Source: Gemmatimonadota bacterium
GTDB lineage: Bacteria; Gemmatimonadota; Gemmatimonadetes; Gemmatimonadales; GWC2-71-9
Direction: 5' to 3'
DNA length: 64,000 bases
NCBI GenBank assembly: GCA_039591655.1
Contig: JBDHDE010000015.1
Coordinates: forward strand, 22,259-86,258
Part shown: in pieces, positions 20,774 through 30,608 of the stretch
How the letters are laid out: the number at the start of each line of letters is the position of its first letter
How positions within the stretch are numbered: the stretch's first letter is position 1
Notes under the pieces: model-generated
The model's input: the letters and a program-made list of their open reading frames with translations, nothing else
The model's database searches: none
Told to the model about the DNA's origin: nothing
Made by a program: the position numbers and the translations under genes

Positions 20774-23700
20774 TCACTTGCAGGGCAGGAAGCGAACCGT
20801 CGTTTCCATCTCTTCGAGTACCTGAGCCAGGGCGGACACCGTCTCGTCGATGTCATGCTCCGTGGTTTCTGACGAGAGGGAGAAACGCACTGCGCAGTGC
20901 ACCGCCTCCTCATCGCGGCCCATCGCGATGAGCACGTGCGTGGGTTCGGGCGAGCCGGACTTGCAGGCCGACCCGGAGGACAGCGAGATCCCGTGCTGAT
21001 CGAGAGCCACGACGAGTGACTCGCCCCTGAGACCGGGCAGGGTCAGGTTGAGGGTGTTGGCGAGCCGTTCGTCGGCGTGGCCGTTCAAGACCGCCTGGGG
21101 GATCAGCATCCGAATGCCGGCGGCCAGCTTGTCCCGCAGCCGCTTCGTCTCCTCGCTGTCCCGCACCGCCTGCAGGGCGAGCTGGGCGGCCTTCCCCATC
21201 CCCACGATGGCCGGCACATTCTCGGTCCCTGCGCGCAGCCCCGCCTCCTGCTTCCCGCCATGGACGAGCGGCGCCAGCTTCACGCCGCGCCTCACGTACA
21301 GGGCCCCGACCCCCTTGGGTCCGTGGAACTTGTGCCCGGAGAGGGTCAAGAGGTCGGCCCCGAGGGCGTTCACGTCGATGGGGATCTTCCCCGCCGCCTG
21401 CACGGCGTCGGTGTGGAACAGGGCGCCGTGCTCGTGGGCGATTGCGCGGAGATCGGCAATCGGCTGGATCGTCCCGACCTCATTGTTGGCCATCATTACG
21501 GAGACGAGAACGGTGTCGGCAGTGAGGGCCCGGCGCAGCGTCTCGGGATGCAGCACTCCGTCTCGGTCCACCTCACAGTAGGTCACACGGTAGCCGATAT
21601 CCTCCAGAAACCGGCACGTCTCCAGGACTGCGGGGTGCTCGATCGCACTCGTGACGATGTGGCTCCCGGGGCCGCCGTTCGCGAATGCAATCCCCTTGAT
21701 GGCGAGGTTGTCGCCTTCGGAGCCGCCGCCGGTGAAGATGATACGCCGGGGGCGGGCGTTGATGAGTCGCGCCACGTGGCGCCGGGCGGTTTCGATGCCC
21801 TCCCGGGCGTCCCGGCCCACCCCGTGGATGCTCGAGGGGTTCCCGTGGCTGGCTGCGAGGTAGGGGAGCATCGCCTCCCGGGCCGCGTCGGCCACACGGG
21901 TCGTGGCGTTGTTGTCGAGATAGATCCGCCGCGGCGGTGCCTTGGCCCGGGCTGGCGCGCCCAGCACGACGGGTCCGCAGGCCTCGGCGGCGCGGTCGGC
22001 GCTGCGGCGGGTGGACGGCGTCCCCGCCTCGACCTTCGCCACGTCGCACAGCAGCGCCTTGTAGACGGGGAAGCCTGAAATCTCGTCGCAGTTGTCGAGG
22101 TCGGTGAGCTCGTTGACGTTCCAGTCCTGCCACGCCTTGGATCCCACGGGCGTGCCGCCTCCCATGTTGCACTCGATGGCGCCGGCAACGATGTCGTCGG
22201 TCACCCGCGCCCTGAACGGCACGCTGCCGCGGAGGGTGCGCACCTCGACCAAGTCCCCGGTGCGGATGTCGCGCCGGGCGGCATCGGCGGCGCTCAGCTC
22301 CACCGTGGGCTCCGGGTTGTCCTTGGCCAGGCCCGCGATGCCGTGATGCTGGGACCGGAAGTCGGTGTGAGGCCTGGCGCCGGAGTTGAACACCAGTGGG
22401 AACTGCTCGCCGAGGTCTGGCCGGCTGACTGGGCCTTCGGTTGGCTCGGTGTACTTCGGGAGCGGCTCGTGGCCGTACTCCTCCAACAATGTGGACCAGA
22501 TCTCGAACTTGCCGGTGGGGGTGTCGAAGCCGGACTCGCCGTCCTGCCGCAGGCCGCCCTTCTCCCACTTCCTGTAATCCATCATGGGGGTGGGGGTCTT
22601 CACCCAACCACCGGATTCCCTGACGTCTTCCAGAGTGTGGCCCGAGCCCTCCAGGGCGAAGCGGATCATCTCCTCCTCGCTCTGGGGGTAGAGTTGGCCG
22701 TACCCGAGGCGCCGGGCCAGCTCGGCCATGATGAGGTAGTCGTTGCGGGCCTCTCCCACCGGCTCGACGAGCTTCTCCCGCAGGCGGAATATCGGGCCGT
22801 ACACCATGTACGAATCGATCTCGAACATGGTGGTGGCGGGCAGCACGACGTCGGCGTAGGCAGCGTCGGCGGTGAGCTGCCGGTCGATGCAAACCAGGAA
22901 GTCCAACGCGCGCAGCGTGTCGCGCCACAGCGCTGTCTGCGGCCAGGAGGTGAGCAGGGACGCCCCGTGCACGATCAGCCCCCGGATGCGGTAGGGTTTG
23001 CCCTCGAGCACGGATGTGACCAGGCCGCTGGCGTGCGACTCGCCCCGGAGGTTGCTGTAGATGGGGAACTTCTCCCGAGCGACCGCGCGGTCCAGGTCGG
23101 GGTTCTCCTGGTTGCAGGATCGGTTGATCGGAAAGTGCGAGCCCAGCATCGCCAGGCCGATGCCGCCCGGGACATCCAGCTGCCCCGCCAGCGCGAACAG
23201 GGTCAGGACAGCGCGGATGGCCTGGATGCCGCTGTTGGAGTACTCCAGGCCGGTGTACATGACGGGGCAGGCGCCCGTTGCGTTGCAGATGCGCCGCGCC
23301 AGCTCCCGAATGGTATCCGCCGGCACCCCGGTGATCGACTCGGCAACCTCGGGGCGGAAGTGTTGCACATAGGTCCGGAGCTCCTCGAAGCCGTGACACC
23401 ACTGCTCGGCGAACGGTTCGTCGTAGAGTTCCTCGTCGATCATGACCTCGATCAGGCTGAGCGCGAGGGCGCCGTCGGTTCCCGGGCGGATGGGGACCCA
23501 TTGGGCTCCAGTCCGCGCGACCGTCTCCGTGCGGCGGGGATCGATCACGACGATGTCGGCGCCCCGCCTGGCGGCCGCCTCCAGCCGATGCATGTCCAGA
23601 GGCGGGGAGTCTGTGGCCGGATTCGCCCCCCACACCACCAGCATTTCCGCGTTCTCCATGTCTGTGAACATGTTGACCAGCATCCGTCCCATGGTGACGA

Positions 23701-24181
23701 AGGGTGCGATCATGGCGAAGGACACGTAACAGAGCGCGCCCACACCCATGGTGTTGGGAGAGCCGAACGGGAACAGCATGTTGGAGGCCGAGGATACCGC
23801 CACGCCCTTGGGTTGGAACATGTCGCACAGGGAGAGTTCGAAGGCCCCACGGCCTGTGTAGATCGAGACGGCCTCCGGACCGGATTCGTGCTTGATCGTG
23901 TTGAGGCGCTCGACGATGAGGTCGTACGCCTCGTCCCACGTGATGCGCTCGAACTCGAGCGTCCCCTTCGGGCCGACGCGCCTCAGGGGATGCCTGAGGC
24001 GGTGCTCCGAGTAGATGATCTCGGGGGCGTGGGACCCGCGCCGGCAGATCATGCCGAGCGGGTGACCGGTGTCCGCCCGGATGTCCTCGATCTTCCTGTT
24101 CCGCATCCCCACCTCGACCCAGCATCCCGCGGGACAGATGCCGCAGATTCCCTTCTTCCAGTCGAGCTGCTGCTGAGCCAT
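20774..24181 (-). CDS. Fusion of a molybdopterin (bis-MGD) oxidoreductase and an IscS/NifS-type cysteine desulfurase
   Basis: N-terminus: CGICPAGC...C Fe-S motif, WGANP, VIDPR, IRPGTD, ADVVLPA and dinucleotide-binding domain. C-terminus: YLDNNATT, GNPSSIH, NNEVG, HTDAVQ, SGHKFHGPKG, RAGTEN and SSGSAC. One uninterrupted 1135-aa ORF. Confidence 0.9.
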   Translation of the reverse strand: MAQQQLDWKKGICGICPAGCWVEVGMRNRKIEDIRADTGHPLGMICRRGSHAPEIIYSEHRLRHPLRRVGPKGTLEFERITWDEAYDLIVERLNTIKHESGPEAVSIYTGRGAFELSLCDMFQPKGVAVSSASNMLFPFGSPNTMGVGALCYVSFAMIAPFVTMGRMLVNMFTDMENAEMLVVWGANPATDSPPLDMHRLEAAARRGADIVVIDPRRTETVARTGAQWVPIRPGTDGALALSLIEVMIDEELYDEPFAEQWCHGFEELRTYVQHFRPEVAESITGVPADTIRELARRICNATGACPVMYTGLEYSNSGIQAIRAVLTLFALAGQLDVPGGIGLAMLGSHFPINRSCNQENPDLDRAVAREKFPIYSNLRGESHASGLVTSVLEGKPYRIRGLIVHGASLLTSWPQTALWRDTLRALDFLVCIDRQLTADAAYADVVLPATTMFEIDSYMVYGPIFRLREKLVEPVGEARNDYLIMAELARRLGYGQLYPQSEEEMIRFALEGSGHTLEDVRESGGWVKTPTPMMDYRKWEKGGLRQDGESGFDTPTGKFEIWSTLLEEYGHEPLPKYTEPTEGPVSRPDLGEQFPLVFNSGARPHTDFRSQHHGIAGLAKDNPEPTVELSAADAARRDIRTGDLVEVRTLRGSVPFRARVTDDIVAGAIECNMGGGTPVGSKAWQDWNVNELTDLDNCDEISGFPVYKALLCDVAKVEAGTPSTRRSADRAAEACGPVVLGAPARAKAPPRRIYLDNNATTRVADAAREAMLPYLAASHGNPSSIHGVGRDAREGIETARRHVARLINARPRRIIFTGGGSEGDNLAIKGIAFANGGPGSHIVTSAIEHPAVLETCRFLEDIGYRVTYCEVDRDGVLHPETLRRALTADTVLVSVMMANNEVGTIQPIADLRAIAHEHGALFHTDAVQAAGKIPIDVNALGADLLTLSGHKFHGPKGVGALYVRRGVKLAPLVHGGKQEAGLRAGTENVPAIVGMGKAAQLALQAVRDSEETKRLRDKLAAGIRMLIPQAVLNGHADERLANTLNLTLPGLRGESLVVALDQHGISLSSGSACKSGSPEPTHVLIAMGRDEEAVHCAVRFSLSSETTEHDIDETVSALAQVLEEMETTVRFLPCK

Positions 24182-24344
24182 CGAGCCGTCCAGTGAGCTG
24201 CGAGGTATGTCTTGGCTAGGGTGCGTCTAGCCGTACCGGCCGGTGCACGGCCTGCCGGCCGGTCCTGCTCTCGAGCCTGCGTTGCACGGTGGTTTCCTGC
24301 CTAGTACTCCGCCGCAGGGTGGCGGATCCCCCGGCGGCGGACCG

Positions 24345-24971
24345 TCACTCGTCTGCCACGTAGGCGCGGGTGATGATCACGGGCTCCACTGGCACCGCTT
24401 CGTGCCGGCCTCGGCGCTGAGTGGGCACCGCGGCGATTGCATCCACGGCATCCATGCCCTCCACGACCCGTCCAAACACGGCGTAGCCCCAGCGCCCCGC
24501 GGCGCTGTCGTAGTCGAGTCCGGCGTTGTCCACGAGGTTGATGAAGAACTGCGTCGTGGCGCTATGAGGATCGTTGAGCCGGGCCATAGCGACGGTTCCG
24601 CGAAGATTCCTGAGCCCGTTGGCAGCCTCGTTGTGCACTGAGCCTGCGGAGCTCGAGCGCCCCCCCATCTCGGCGGTGTATTTCCCTGCCTGGATCATGA
24701 ACCCCGGCCTGACGCGGTGGAACGTCAGGCTGTCGTAGAAGCCGACCTCCACGTGGCCCACGAAGTTGGCGACGCTGAGCGGCGCCCTCTCGCGATCGAG
24801 CTCAACCACGATCCGGCCCTTGGTCGTCTCCAGCACGACGGTGGGGGAGGGATCGGCCGCCCGTTCGGCGGCGGTTCCGCGCTCCCCGTCGCCGTTCCCG
24901 TCGGTGGACTGGCACGCGGCCAGCAACAGGATGAGCGGCATCCCGGCGGATATGCGGCGAACGGCTCTCAC
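24345..24971 (-). CDS. Cyclophilin-type peptidyl-prolyl isomerase (lipoprotein)
   Basis: LAAC lipobox; FHRV, FMIQ, GTVAMAR, SATTQFFIN and YAVFG motifs. Confidence 0.92.
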   Translation of the reverse strand: MRAVRRISAGMPLILLLAACQSTDGNGDGERGTAAERAADPSPTVVLETTKGRIVVELDRERAPLSVANFVGHVEVGFYDSLTFHRVRPGFMIQAGKYTAEMGGRSSSAGSVHNEAANGLRNLRGTVAMARLNDPHSATTQFFINLVDNAGLDYDSAAGRWGYAVFGRVVEGMDAVDAIAAVPTQRRGRHEAVPVEPVIITRAYVADE

Positions 24972-25134
24972 GTGATGCCCCCTTGTGGTGATGCCCGGGC
25001 GGGTTCGCTGCGCTGCCCCGGATGCGGCAACAGCAAGGGTTCGCCACCGGACCCCGGCTCGTCAAGGGGCCCGGGGGAGCCGCTCGCGCCCTGCCGCGGA
25101 TCGACTAGTTTATATGATCTCGTGAGGGGGTGAT

Positions 25135-27420
25135 TTGAGCCCGACCGATCGCGCGACCAATACGGCCTTCATCGCCGCGGTGGTGACCGCAACCGCGATG
25201 ATCGCCTTCCAGATGGCGGCCAAGGCGACGAGGGATGCGCTGTTCCTGTCCACCTTCGACGTCTCCGCCCTTCCCCGGATGGTGATCGTCGCGGCGTTGG
25301 TCGCGGTGGGCGTGGCCCTACTGGCATCCCGGTGGATGACGGCAGTCGGGCCCGGACGTCTGGTGCCCGCAGCGTTCGCACTGAGCGCCGCATTACTGTT
25401 GGCGGAGTGGGCCCTGATTGGCCCGTTTCGCCGCGGGGTGGCCATCGCCCTCTACCTGCACTATGCGGCGCTGGGCGCGGTGCTGATCTCCGGCTTCTGG
25501 TCCGTCGTGAACGAGCGTTTCGATCCGCGCACCGCGAAGCGCTACGTGGGCCGGATCGCCGCGGGCGCAACCGTGGGCGGTGTGCTGGGCGGCCTCCTGG
25601 CTGAGCGGGTCGGTGCGACCCTCTCCATGGCGGCAATGCTGCCGATCCTCGCGGGCATCCACTTCCTCTGTGCCTTCGTGGTGAACGGTGTGCCGGCAGA
25701 GCGCCGACCGGCGCCGCAGCGGCGCTCGCGCCGGAGCGTCGGACGGCCCCCGGAGCGCTCGGGGCTCAAGACGCTGGCCAATACCCCCTATCTCCGTGGA
25801 TTGGTGGCGCTGGTCCTCCTCGCCACGATCACGGAGGTCCTGATCGACTACGTCTTCAAGGCACGAGCCACGGGGGCGTTGGGGAGCGGCGAGTCGCTGC
25901 TGCGGTTCTTCGCCGCCTTCTACACCGGTGTTTCCCTGCTCACCGTGCTGGTCCAGGCGGCAGCCAGCCGGGTGACGCTGCAGCACCTGGGGCTGACCCG
26001 CACAGTGGCCCTGTTGCCGGCGGTCACGGGCCTGGGGAGTGTGGGGGCGCTGGCCTTCCCTGGGCTTGCCAGTGCGTCTGCGGCGCGGGGATCGGAGCAG
26101 GTCCTCCGCAACGGGCTCTACCGCTCTGGCTATGAGCTGCTGTTCACCCCGCTGCAGCCGGAGCAGAAGCGCGCCACGAAGACTCTGGTGGACGTTGGCG
26201 TCGTGCGATTGGGAGACATCCTCGGGGGGGCGATCGTTCAGGTGCTGCTCCTGGTGGCGGTAGCCGGGGTGAGCCGCTTGCTCCTGGGTCTCGCCGCGGT
26301 GATCTCCGTGGTGGCCGTGGTCGTCGCACTGGGGCTGCGCCGGGGGTACATGAACACCCTGGAACGCAGCCTGCTGTCGCGGGCCGTGGAGCTCGACCTG
26401 GAAGAGGTGGACGACATCACCACCCGTACCGCGGTGCTCCACAGCACGGGGACGTTGGCGTTGGGCCTGACGGCGGCTCACCCGACCCCGACGCTTGATC
26501 ATGCGATCCCGACGCCCGCGATGGGCGTCAAATCGCCGGTTGCCGCGGCGGAAGTGCCGGGGCGGGAAAAGGTAGCGACGCCGGCGACCCCGCTGGACCC
26601 GGAGGTGGCCTTGATCGTGGAGCTTCGGTCACGGGACGCCCCCCGCGTGATCGCCGCGTTGGGAGCGGGGCGTCTCACGCCGACCGTTGTGCCCCACGTG
26701 ATCCCGCTGCTCGCCTGGGACGAGGTCGTGGCGGACGCGCTCGCGGCACTGCGTGAGGTGGCGCACCAGGTCACGGGGCAGCTGGCGGACCGCCTGCTCG
26801 ATCACGGCGAGGAGTTTGCCGTGCGCCGGCGTCTCCCCCTCGCGCTCGTGGCCAGCCCGACGGAGCGCGCGCTCGACACCCTCTTCCGGGGGCTCGACGA
26901 TCCGCGGTTCGAGGTGCGCTATCGTTGCGGGCGGGCGCTGGTTCGCCTACTGGAGCTCAACCCCAAGCTCCGGGTGGAAGAAGAGCGCGCCTACGCTGCG
27001 GTGCTGGGGGAAGTGGCAGTGGACAAGGGTGTGTGGGAGAGCCACCGGTTGCTCGACAAGATGGAGGACGAGGAATGGTCCCCTGTGATGGACGAGGTGT
27101 TGCGCGAACGGGCGAACCGCAGCCTGGAGCACGTGTTTACCGTGTTGTCCCTGGTCCTGCCGCGCCAACCTCTCAAGATCGCGTTCCGCGGACTTCACGC
27201 CAAGGACGCGATCCTTCGAGGTACGGCGCTGGAGTATCTGGAGAGTGCGTTGCCGGAGCATGTACGGGTGCAGCTCTGGCCCTTTCTCGAGGATACCCGT
27301 CCCCGCCGGCGGGAGTCCCGGACCACGGATGAGGTGCTGCAGGACCTGTTCCAGTCCAACCAGTCCATCGTGATGAACCTCAAGGAGCTGCGGAAGCAAA
27401 AGAAGGAGGAGTCGGGGTAG
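25135..27420 (+). CDS. Npt1/Npt2 (TLC ATP/ADP translocase-like) transporter fused to a HEAT-repeat domain
   Basis: KATRDALFL, FW...FDPRTAKR, DYVFK, ELLFTP, K...D...R.GD; C-terminal HEAT-like helices (LDDPRFEVRY, RGTALEYLE). Confidence 0.8.
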   Translation: MSPTDRATNTAFIAAVVTATAMIAFQMAAKATRDALFLSTFDVSALPRMVIVAALVAVGVALLASRWMTAVGPGRLVPAAFALSAALLLAEWALIGPFRRGVAIALYLHYAALGAVLISGFWSVVNERFDPRTAKRYVGRIAAGATVGGVLGGLLAERVGATLSMAAMLPILAGIHFLCAFVVNGVPAERRPAPQRRSRRSVGRPPERSGLKTLANTPYLRGLVALVLLATITEVLIDYVFKARATGALGSGESLLRFFAAFYTGVSLLTVLVQAAASRVTLQHLGLTRTVALLPAVTGLGSVGALAFPGLASASAARGSEQVLRNGLYRSGYELLFTPLQPEQKRATKTLVDVGVVRLGDILGGAIVQVLLLVAVAGVSRLLLGLAAVISVVAVVVALGLRRGYMNTLERSLLSRAVELDLEEVDDITTRTAVLHSTGTLALGLTAAHPTPTLDHAIPTPAMGVKSPVAAAEVPGREKVATPATPLDPEVALIVELRSRDAPRVIAALGAGRLTPTVVPHVIPLLAWDEVVADALAALREVAHQVTGQLADRLLDHGEEFAVRRRLPLALVASPTERALDTLFRGLDDPRFEVRYRCGRALVRLLELNPKLRVEEERAYAAVLGEVAVDKGVWESHRLLDKMEDEEWSPVMDEVLRERANRSLEHVFTVLSLVLPRQPLKIAFRGLHAKDAILRGTALEYLESALPEHVRVQLWPFLEDTRPRRRESRTTDEVLQDLFQSNQSIVMNLKELRKQKKEESG

Positions 27421-27444
27421 GGGCCCCCTTGGGCACAACGGGCA

Positions 27445-27480
27445 CCGGCCCTCAGCGCCCGTCGGGGTGCTGAGGGCCGG
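27445..27480. terminator. Hairpin between convergent transporter genes (probable bidirectional terminator)
   Basis: CCGGCCCTCAGCGCCC-GTCG-GGGTGCTGAGGGCCGG: 16-bp stem with one G-T pair. Confidence 0.7.
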
Positions 27481-27488
27481 CCTCGTTT

Positions 27489-28979
27489 CTAGAGCGTGGC
27501 TGCCGTCAGCCGGTCGTAGCGGCGGCCGATGAACACCGCCAGCGTGAGCCAGCAGAGCACCAGCACGACGTTCACCATGGCGAAGCCACCCGTGCTCAGC
27601 ACGAGCAGATTGGCGCCCGCCGCGACGACGGCTGCCGATAGCAGGTCGCCGGCGCGCCAGAAGAACGAGTCGATGGCCTGCTTGGCCTTGTATTTCTCTT
27701 CCCGCGTGGTGGGCAGGAAGAGCGCGTGCCGCACGGTGTTGTTGAGCGAGTAGTCGGTAGCGTTCTCGGCGGTCTTGATCCAGCGGATGACGCCGAGGAT
27801 CGGCACGAAGGCGATCGCCGCATACCCCAGGAGTGCGATCACCGGCAGGAAGAGCAGAGCGCGGCGAACGCCGGCGTACTTGAAGACCCGGGAGACCACG
27901 AACGCCTGGAGCAGCAGCCCCAGGACGTTGACAACCGTGAAGAAGTTCGAGTAGAAAGCGGCGATGCGGTCCGTGACTTCCGCCGCGCCACCCCCCTCGG
28001 CTGCCACCGTCTGCTCCGTGAGGGCCTCCACGGCACGCCCCAGGATGTACTCGCCGTTGGTATTGACCCAGTTCAACAACATGATCAGTACGGCGATCGC
28101 CAGCAGGTAGCGGCTGCGCAGCACCAGCTGGAACGCGCCGCCCTCCGACTCGGGTTCCGGCGGTTCGACCTCGGGCTCCGGCGGTTCGACCTCGAGCTCC
28201 TCGCCGGGCTCCACCTTGAACACGCCGCTCTCCCGCTTGTACTCCGGTTCCGGGATCTTGAACTCTCCGGTGGCGGCCCGGAACTGCCCGGTGGCCGCCG
28301 GTATCGTACCGGTGGTGAACGGGCCGGGCAGGTATGCCTCGGTGCGGCGCCGCTCCCGCGTGTCCACCACGTTCGTCATGACGGCCGCGATGATCAGGAA
28401 CACGCCTGCGAGGATGAAGAGCTGGTAGATCCCGATGCCGCTCATGAGGTTGGGGATGTAGCTGCCGACCACCGCCCCGGCCGACGCGCCGACCCCCACG
28501 ATGGGGAACAGCCGCTTGCCCTCGTCAGTCGTGTACACGTCGTTGGCGAACGCCCAGAACTGGGCGATCATCATGTTGTTGAAGATCCCGACCCACACGA
28601 AGAACGCGACGCCCAGGCCGAACCCGGACACCCCGATCTGCGCCACGATGTAGAACACCGCGAGGCAGGCGACGAAGAACGCCGTCACCCAGTTGATCAG
28701 CGTGCGCCGCGGAACACGGGCCGCTATGGCGCCGTAAGTGGGTACCATGACCGCCAGCAGCAGCACCATGCCGGCGGACGTGTAGCTCTTCACCTCCGCC
28801 GTGGCCCCGCCGAGGATCAGGGCCTCCCGCACCACCTTCAGCACGTAGTAGGCGCTCAGGATGAGGAACACATTGAGCGTGAGGAGCAGCGCGTTGACGC
28901 TCTCTCCCGGGTGTACCTCGGTGAAGAGGCGCAGGAACCGGTCGACGGGACCCGGACGGTACGAGTTGGTCATGGTCAC
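27489..28979 (-). CDS. Npt1/Npt2 (TLC ATP/ADP translocase-like) nucleotide transporter
   Basis: YYVLKVVREAL, QFWAFANDVY...GKRLFP, KTAENATDYSLNNT and KYKAKQAIDSFFWRAGD. Confidence 0.85.
   Translation of the reverse strand: MTMTNSYRPGPVDRFLRLFTEVHPGESVNALLLTLNVFLILSAYYVLKVVREALILGGATAEVKSYTSAGMVLLLAVMVPTYGAIAARVPRRTLINWVTAFFVACLAVFYIVAQIGVSGFGLGVAFFVWVGIFNNMMIAQFWAFANDVYTTDEGKRLFPIVGVGASAGAVVGSYIPNLMSGIGIYQLFILAGVFLIIAAVMTNVVDTRERRRTEAYLPGPFTTGTIPAATGQFRAATGEFKIPEPEYKRESGVFKVEPGEELEVEPPEPEVEPPEPESEGGAFQLVLRSRYLLAIAVLIMLLNWVNTNGEYILGRAVEALTEQTVAAEGGGAAEVTDRIAAFYSNFFTVVNVLGLLLQAFVVSRVFKYAGVRRALLFLPVIALLGYAAIAFVPILGVIRWIKTAENATDYSLNNTVRHALFLPTTREEKYKAKQAIDSFFWRAGDLLSAAVVAAGANLLVLSTGGFAMVNVVLVLCWLTLAVFIGRRYDRLTAATL
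28149..28200. repeat. 21-bp tandem repeat (about 2.5 copies) encoding VEPPEPE in the transporter loop
   Basis: ctcgggttccggcggttcgac / ctcgggctccggcggttcgac / ctcgagctcc. Confidence 0.85.
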
Positions 28980-28989
28980 CGACTCCTAA

Positions 28990-30540
28990 TCAGTGATTGC
29001 CACTCGGCGGCGCATGGACGGGCGCGCCCACCCAGAGCTTGGTAGAGGACTCCACCACGCTCTCGGTCGTGCCGACGACCGCGGCGGGTTGTTGCGCCGG
29101 GAGCAGAAGGCGTCCGCCCACGAATGCCAAGGTAGCGGCCACGGCCGTGGCGGCCAGCACGCCGAGCTTGGCGACGCCCAGGAGGTCGGGGTCCTGGAAG
29201 GCCAGCTCGGCGATGAAGATGGCCATGGTGAACCCGATGGCTGCGGCGAAGCCGACTACCATCATGCCGCGCCAATCCACGCCCTGGGGCAGCACGCACA
29301 GCCGGAGTTTGATGGCGAGCCAGCTGAACGCCAGCACGCCGACGGTCTTCCCGACCAGCAGCCCCAGGATGATCCCACCGAGCACCGCCATCCCACCGGG
29401 CTCGGCAAAATCGATGCCGCCGAGCCGCACGCCTGCGTTGGCCAGGGCGAAGAGCGGCATGACCCCGAAGGCCGTCCACGGATGCAGCAGCGCCTCCAGG
29501 CGCACTGCGGGAGCGATGGCCTCCCGCTGGGCAACGGCGATCTGCTGCAGCGGCTCGATCAGCTCGGGGTCGGACTTGCCGTCCGCGGCTCGCTCGCGGA
29601 ACTCGTCGAGGGCCCGGTGCGCCGTCATGAGAAAGCCCTCTCGCCCGTACCACGCCCGGGCCGGCGCCAGGAGGCCGATCATCACGCCGGCAATCGTGGG
29701 GTGGATGCCGGCCCAGTAGAGCCCCGCCCACGCCAGCAGGAAGGGCAGGGGTGCGACCCCGGGCTTCACACCCATCTTCAGGAGCAGCCACCCCAGGCCC
29801 AGTCCCGCCAGCGCCAATAGCAGTCCATTGACCGCGAAGCCGCTGGCGTAGAAGATGGCGATCACCAGGATTGCCCCGATGTCGTCGATGATCGCAAAGG
29901 CCAGCAGCAGCACCCTCAGGGCGGGGGGAACCCGCTTGCCCAGGAGAGTGAGCACGCCCACCGCGAAAGCGATGTCGGTGGCCATGGGCACGCCCCAGCC
30001 GTCGGCACCGGGCCCCGACACGTTCATGGCGGCGTAGATCGTCGCCGGGACCAGCATCCCACCCACTGCTGCGGCGAGGGGGAGGGCGGCCCGCTTCACG
30101 TCCGACAGGGCGCCGTCCACGATCTCCCGTTTGATCTCCAGGCCGACCACCAGGAAGAACACCGCCATGAGGAGGTCGTTGATCCAGAAGTGGAGCGACT
30201 TCTCCATGGTCCAGTCGCCGATCCCGATGCGGAACGGCGTATGCCACAGTGCGTCGTAGCTGTCGGCCCAGGGGGAGTTGGCCCAGATGAGAGCCACGGC
30301 GGCGGCCCCGATGAGTATGATCCCACTCGCCGCTTCGATGTGAAGGAAACGCTCGATGGGCCGGCGCACGGCCACTGCGACACGCCGGGCGGGTAGCCAG
30401 GCCCAAGGTGGGATGGTGGGAGTACCGCTCGTGGACTCGGGGTCCTTCACGCCGCTTGTCCTCAGGGATTTGCGGGGAGGAATGGCGTCGGCCGGTGGAC
30501 CGCCCCGCCGGCGGTCCACGACAGAGACAATACCCGTCAC
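28990..30540 (-). CDS. nhaA: Na+/H+ antiporter NhaA
   Basis: WINDLLMAVFFLVVGLEIKRE, MATDIAF, AIIDD, GIHPTIAG, FALANAG and GFTMAIFI; start uncertain. Confidence 0.92.
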   Translation of the reverse strand: MTGIVSVVDRRRGGPPADAIPPRKSLRTSGVKDPESTSGTPTIPPWAWLPARRVAVAVRRPIERFLHIEAASGIILIGAAAVALIWANSPWADSYDALWHTPFRIGIGDWTMEKSLHFWINDLLMAVFFLVVGLEIKREIVDGALSDVKRAALPLAAAVGGMLVPATIYAAMNVSGPGADGWGVPMATDIAFAVGVLTLLGKRVPPALRVLLLAFAIIDDIGAILVIAIFYASGFAVNGLLLALAGLGLGWLLLKMGVKPGVAPLPFLLAWAGLYWAGIHPTIAGVMIGLLAPARAWYGREGFLMTAHRALDEFRERAADGKSDPELIEPLQQIAVAQREAIAPAVRLEALLHPWTAFGVMPLFALANAGVRLGGIDFAEPGGMAVLGGIILGLLVGKTVGVLAFSWLAIKLRLCVLPQGVDWRGMMVVGFAAAIGFTMAIFIAELAFQDPDLLGVAKLGVLAATAVAATLAFVGGRLLLPAQQPAAVVGTTESVVESSTKLWVGAPVHAPPSGNH

Positions 30541-30608
30541 CCGGGAGCGCGCAACCCGCCGCCGGTTCCCCTGTCCGGCCGAGGGGTGCTACTCTTGATG
30601 CACCAGCC

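Noticed and set aside
21573..24196. Very long alternative-frame and antisense ORFs (850 aa, 617 aa; similar ones at 8663, 13947, 28976, 32330 and 54176)
   Set aside because: They overlap genes with clear motifs and translate to Arg/Pro/Gly-rich sequence typical of shadow ORFs in high-GC DNA.
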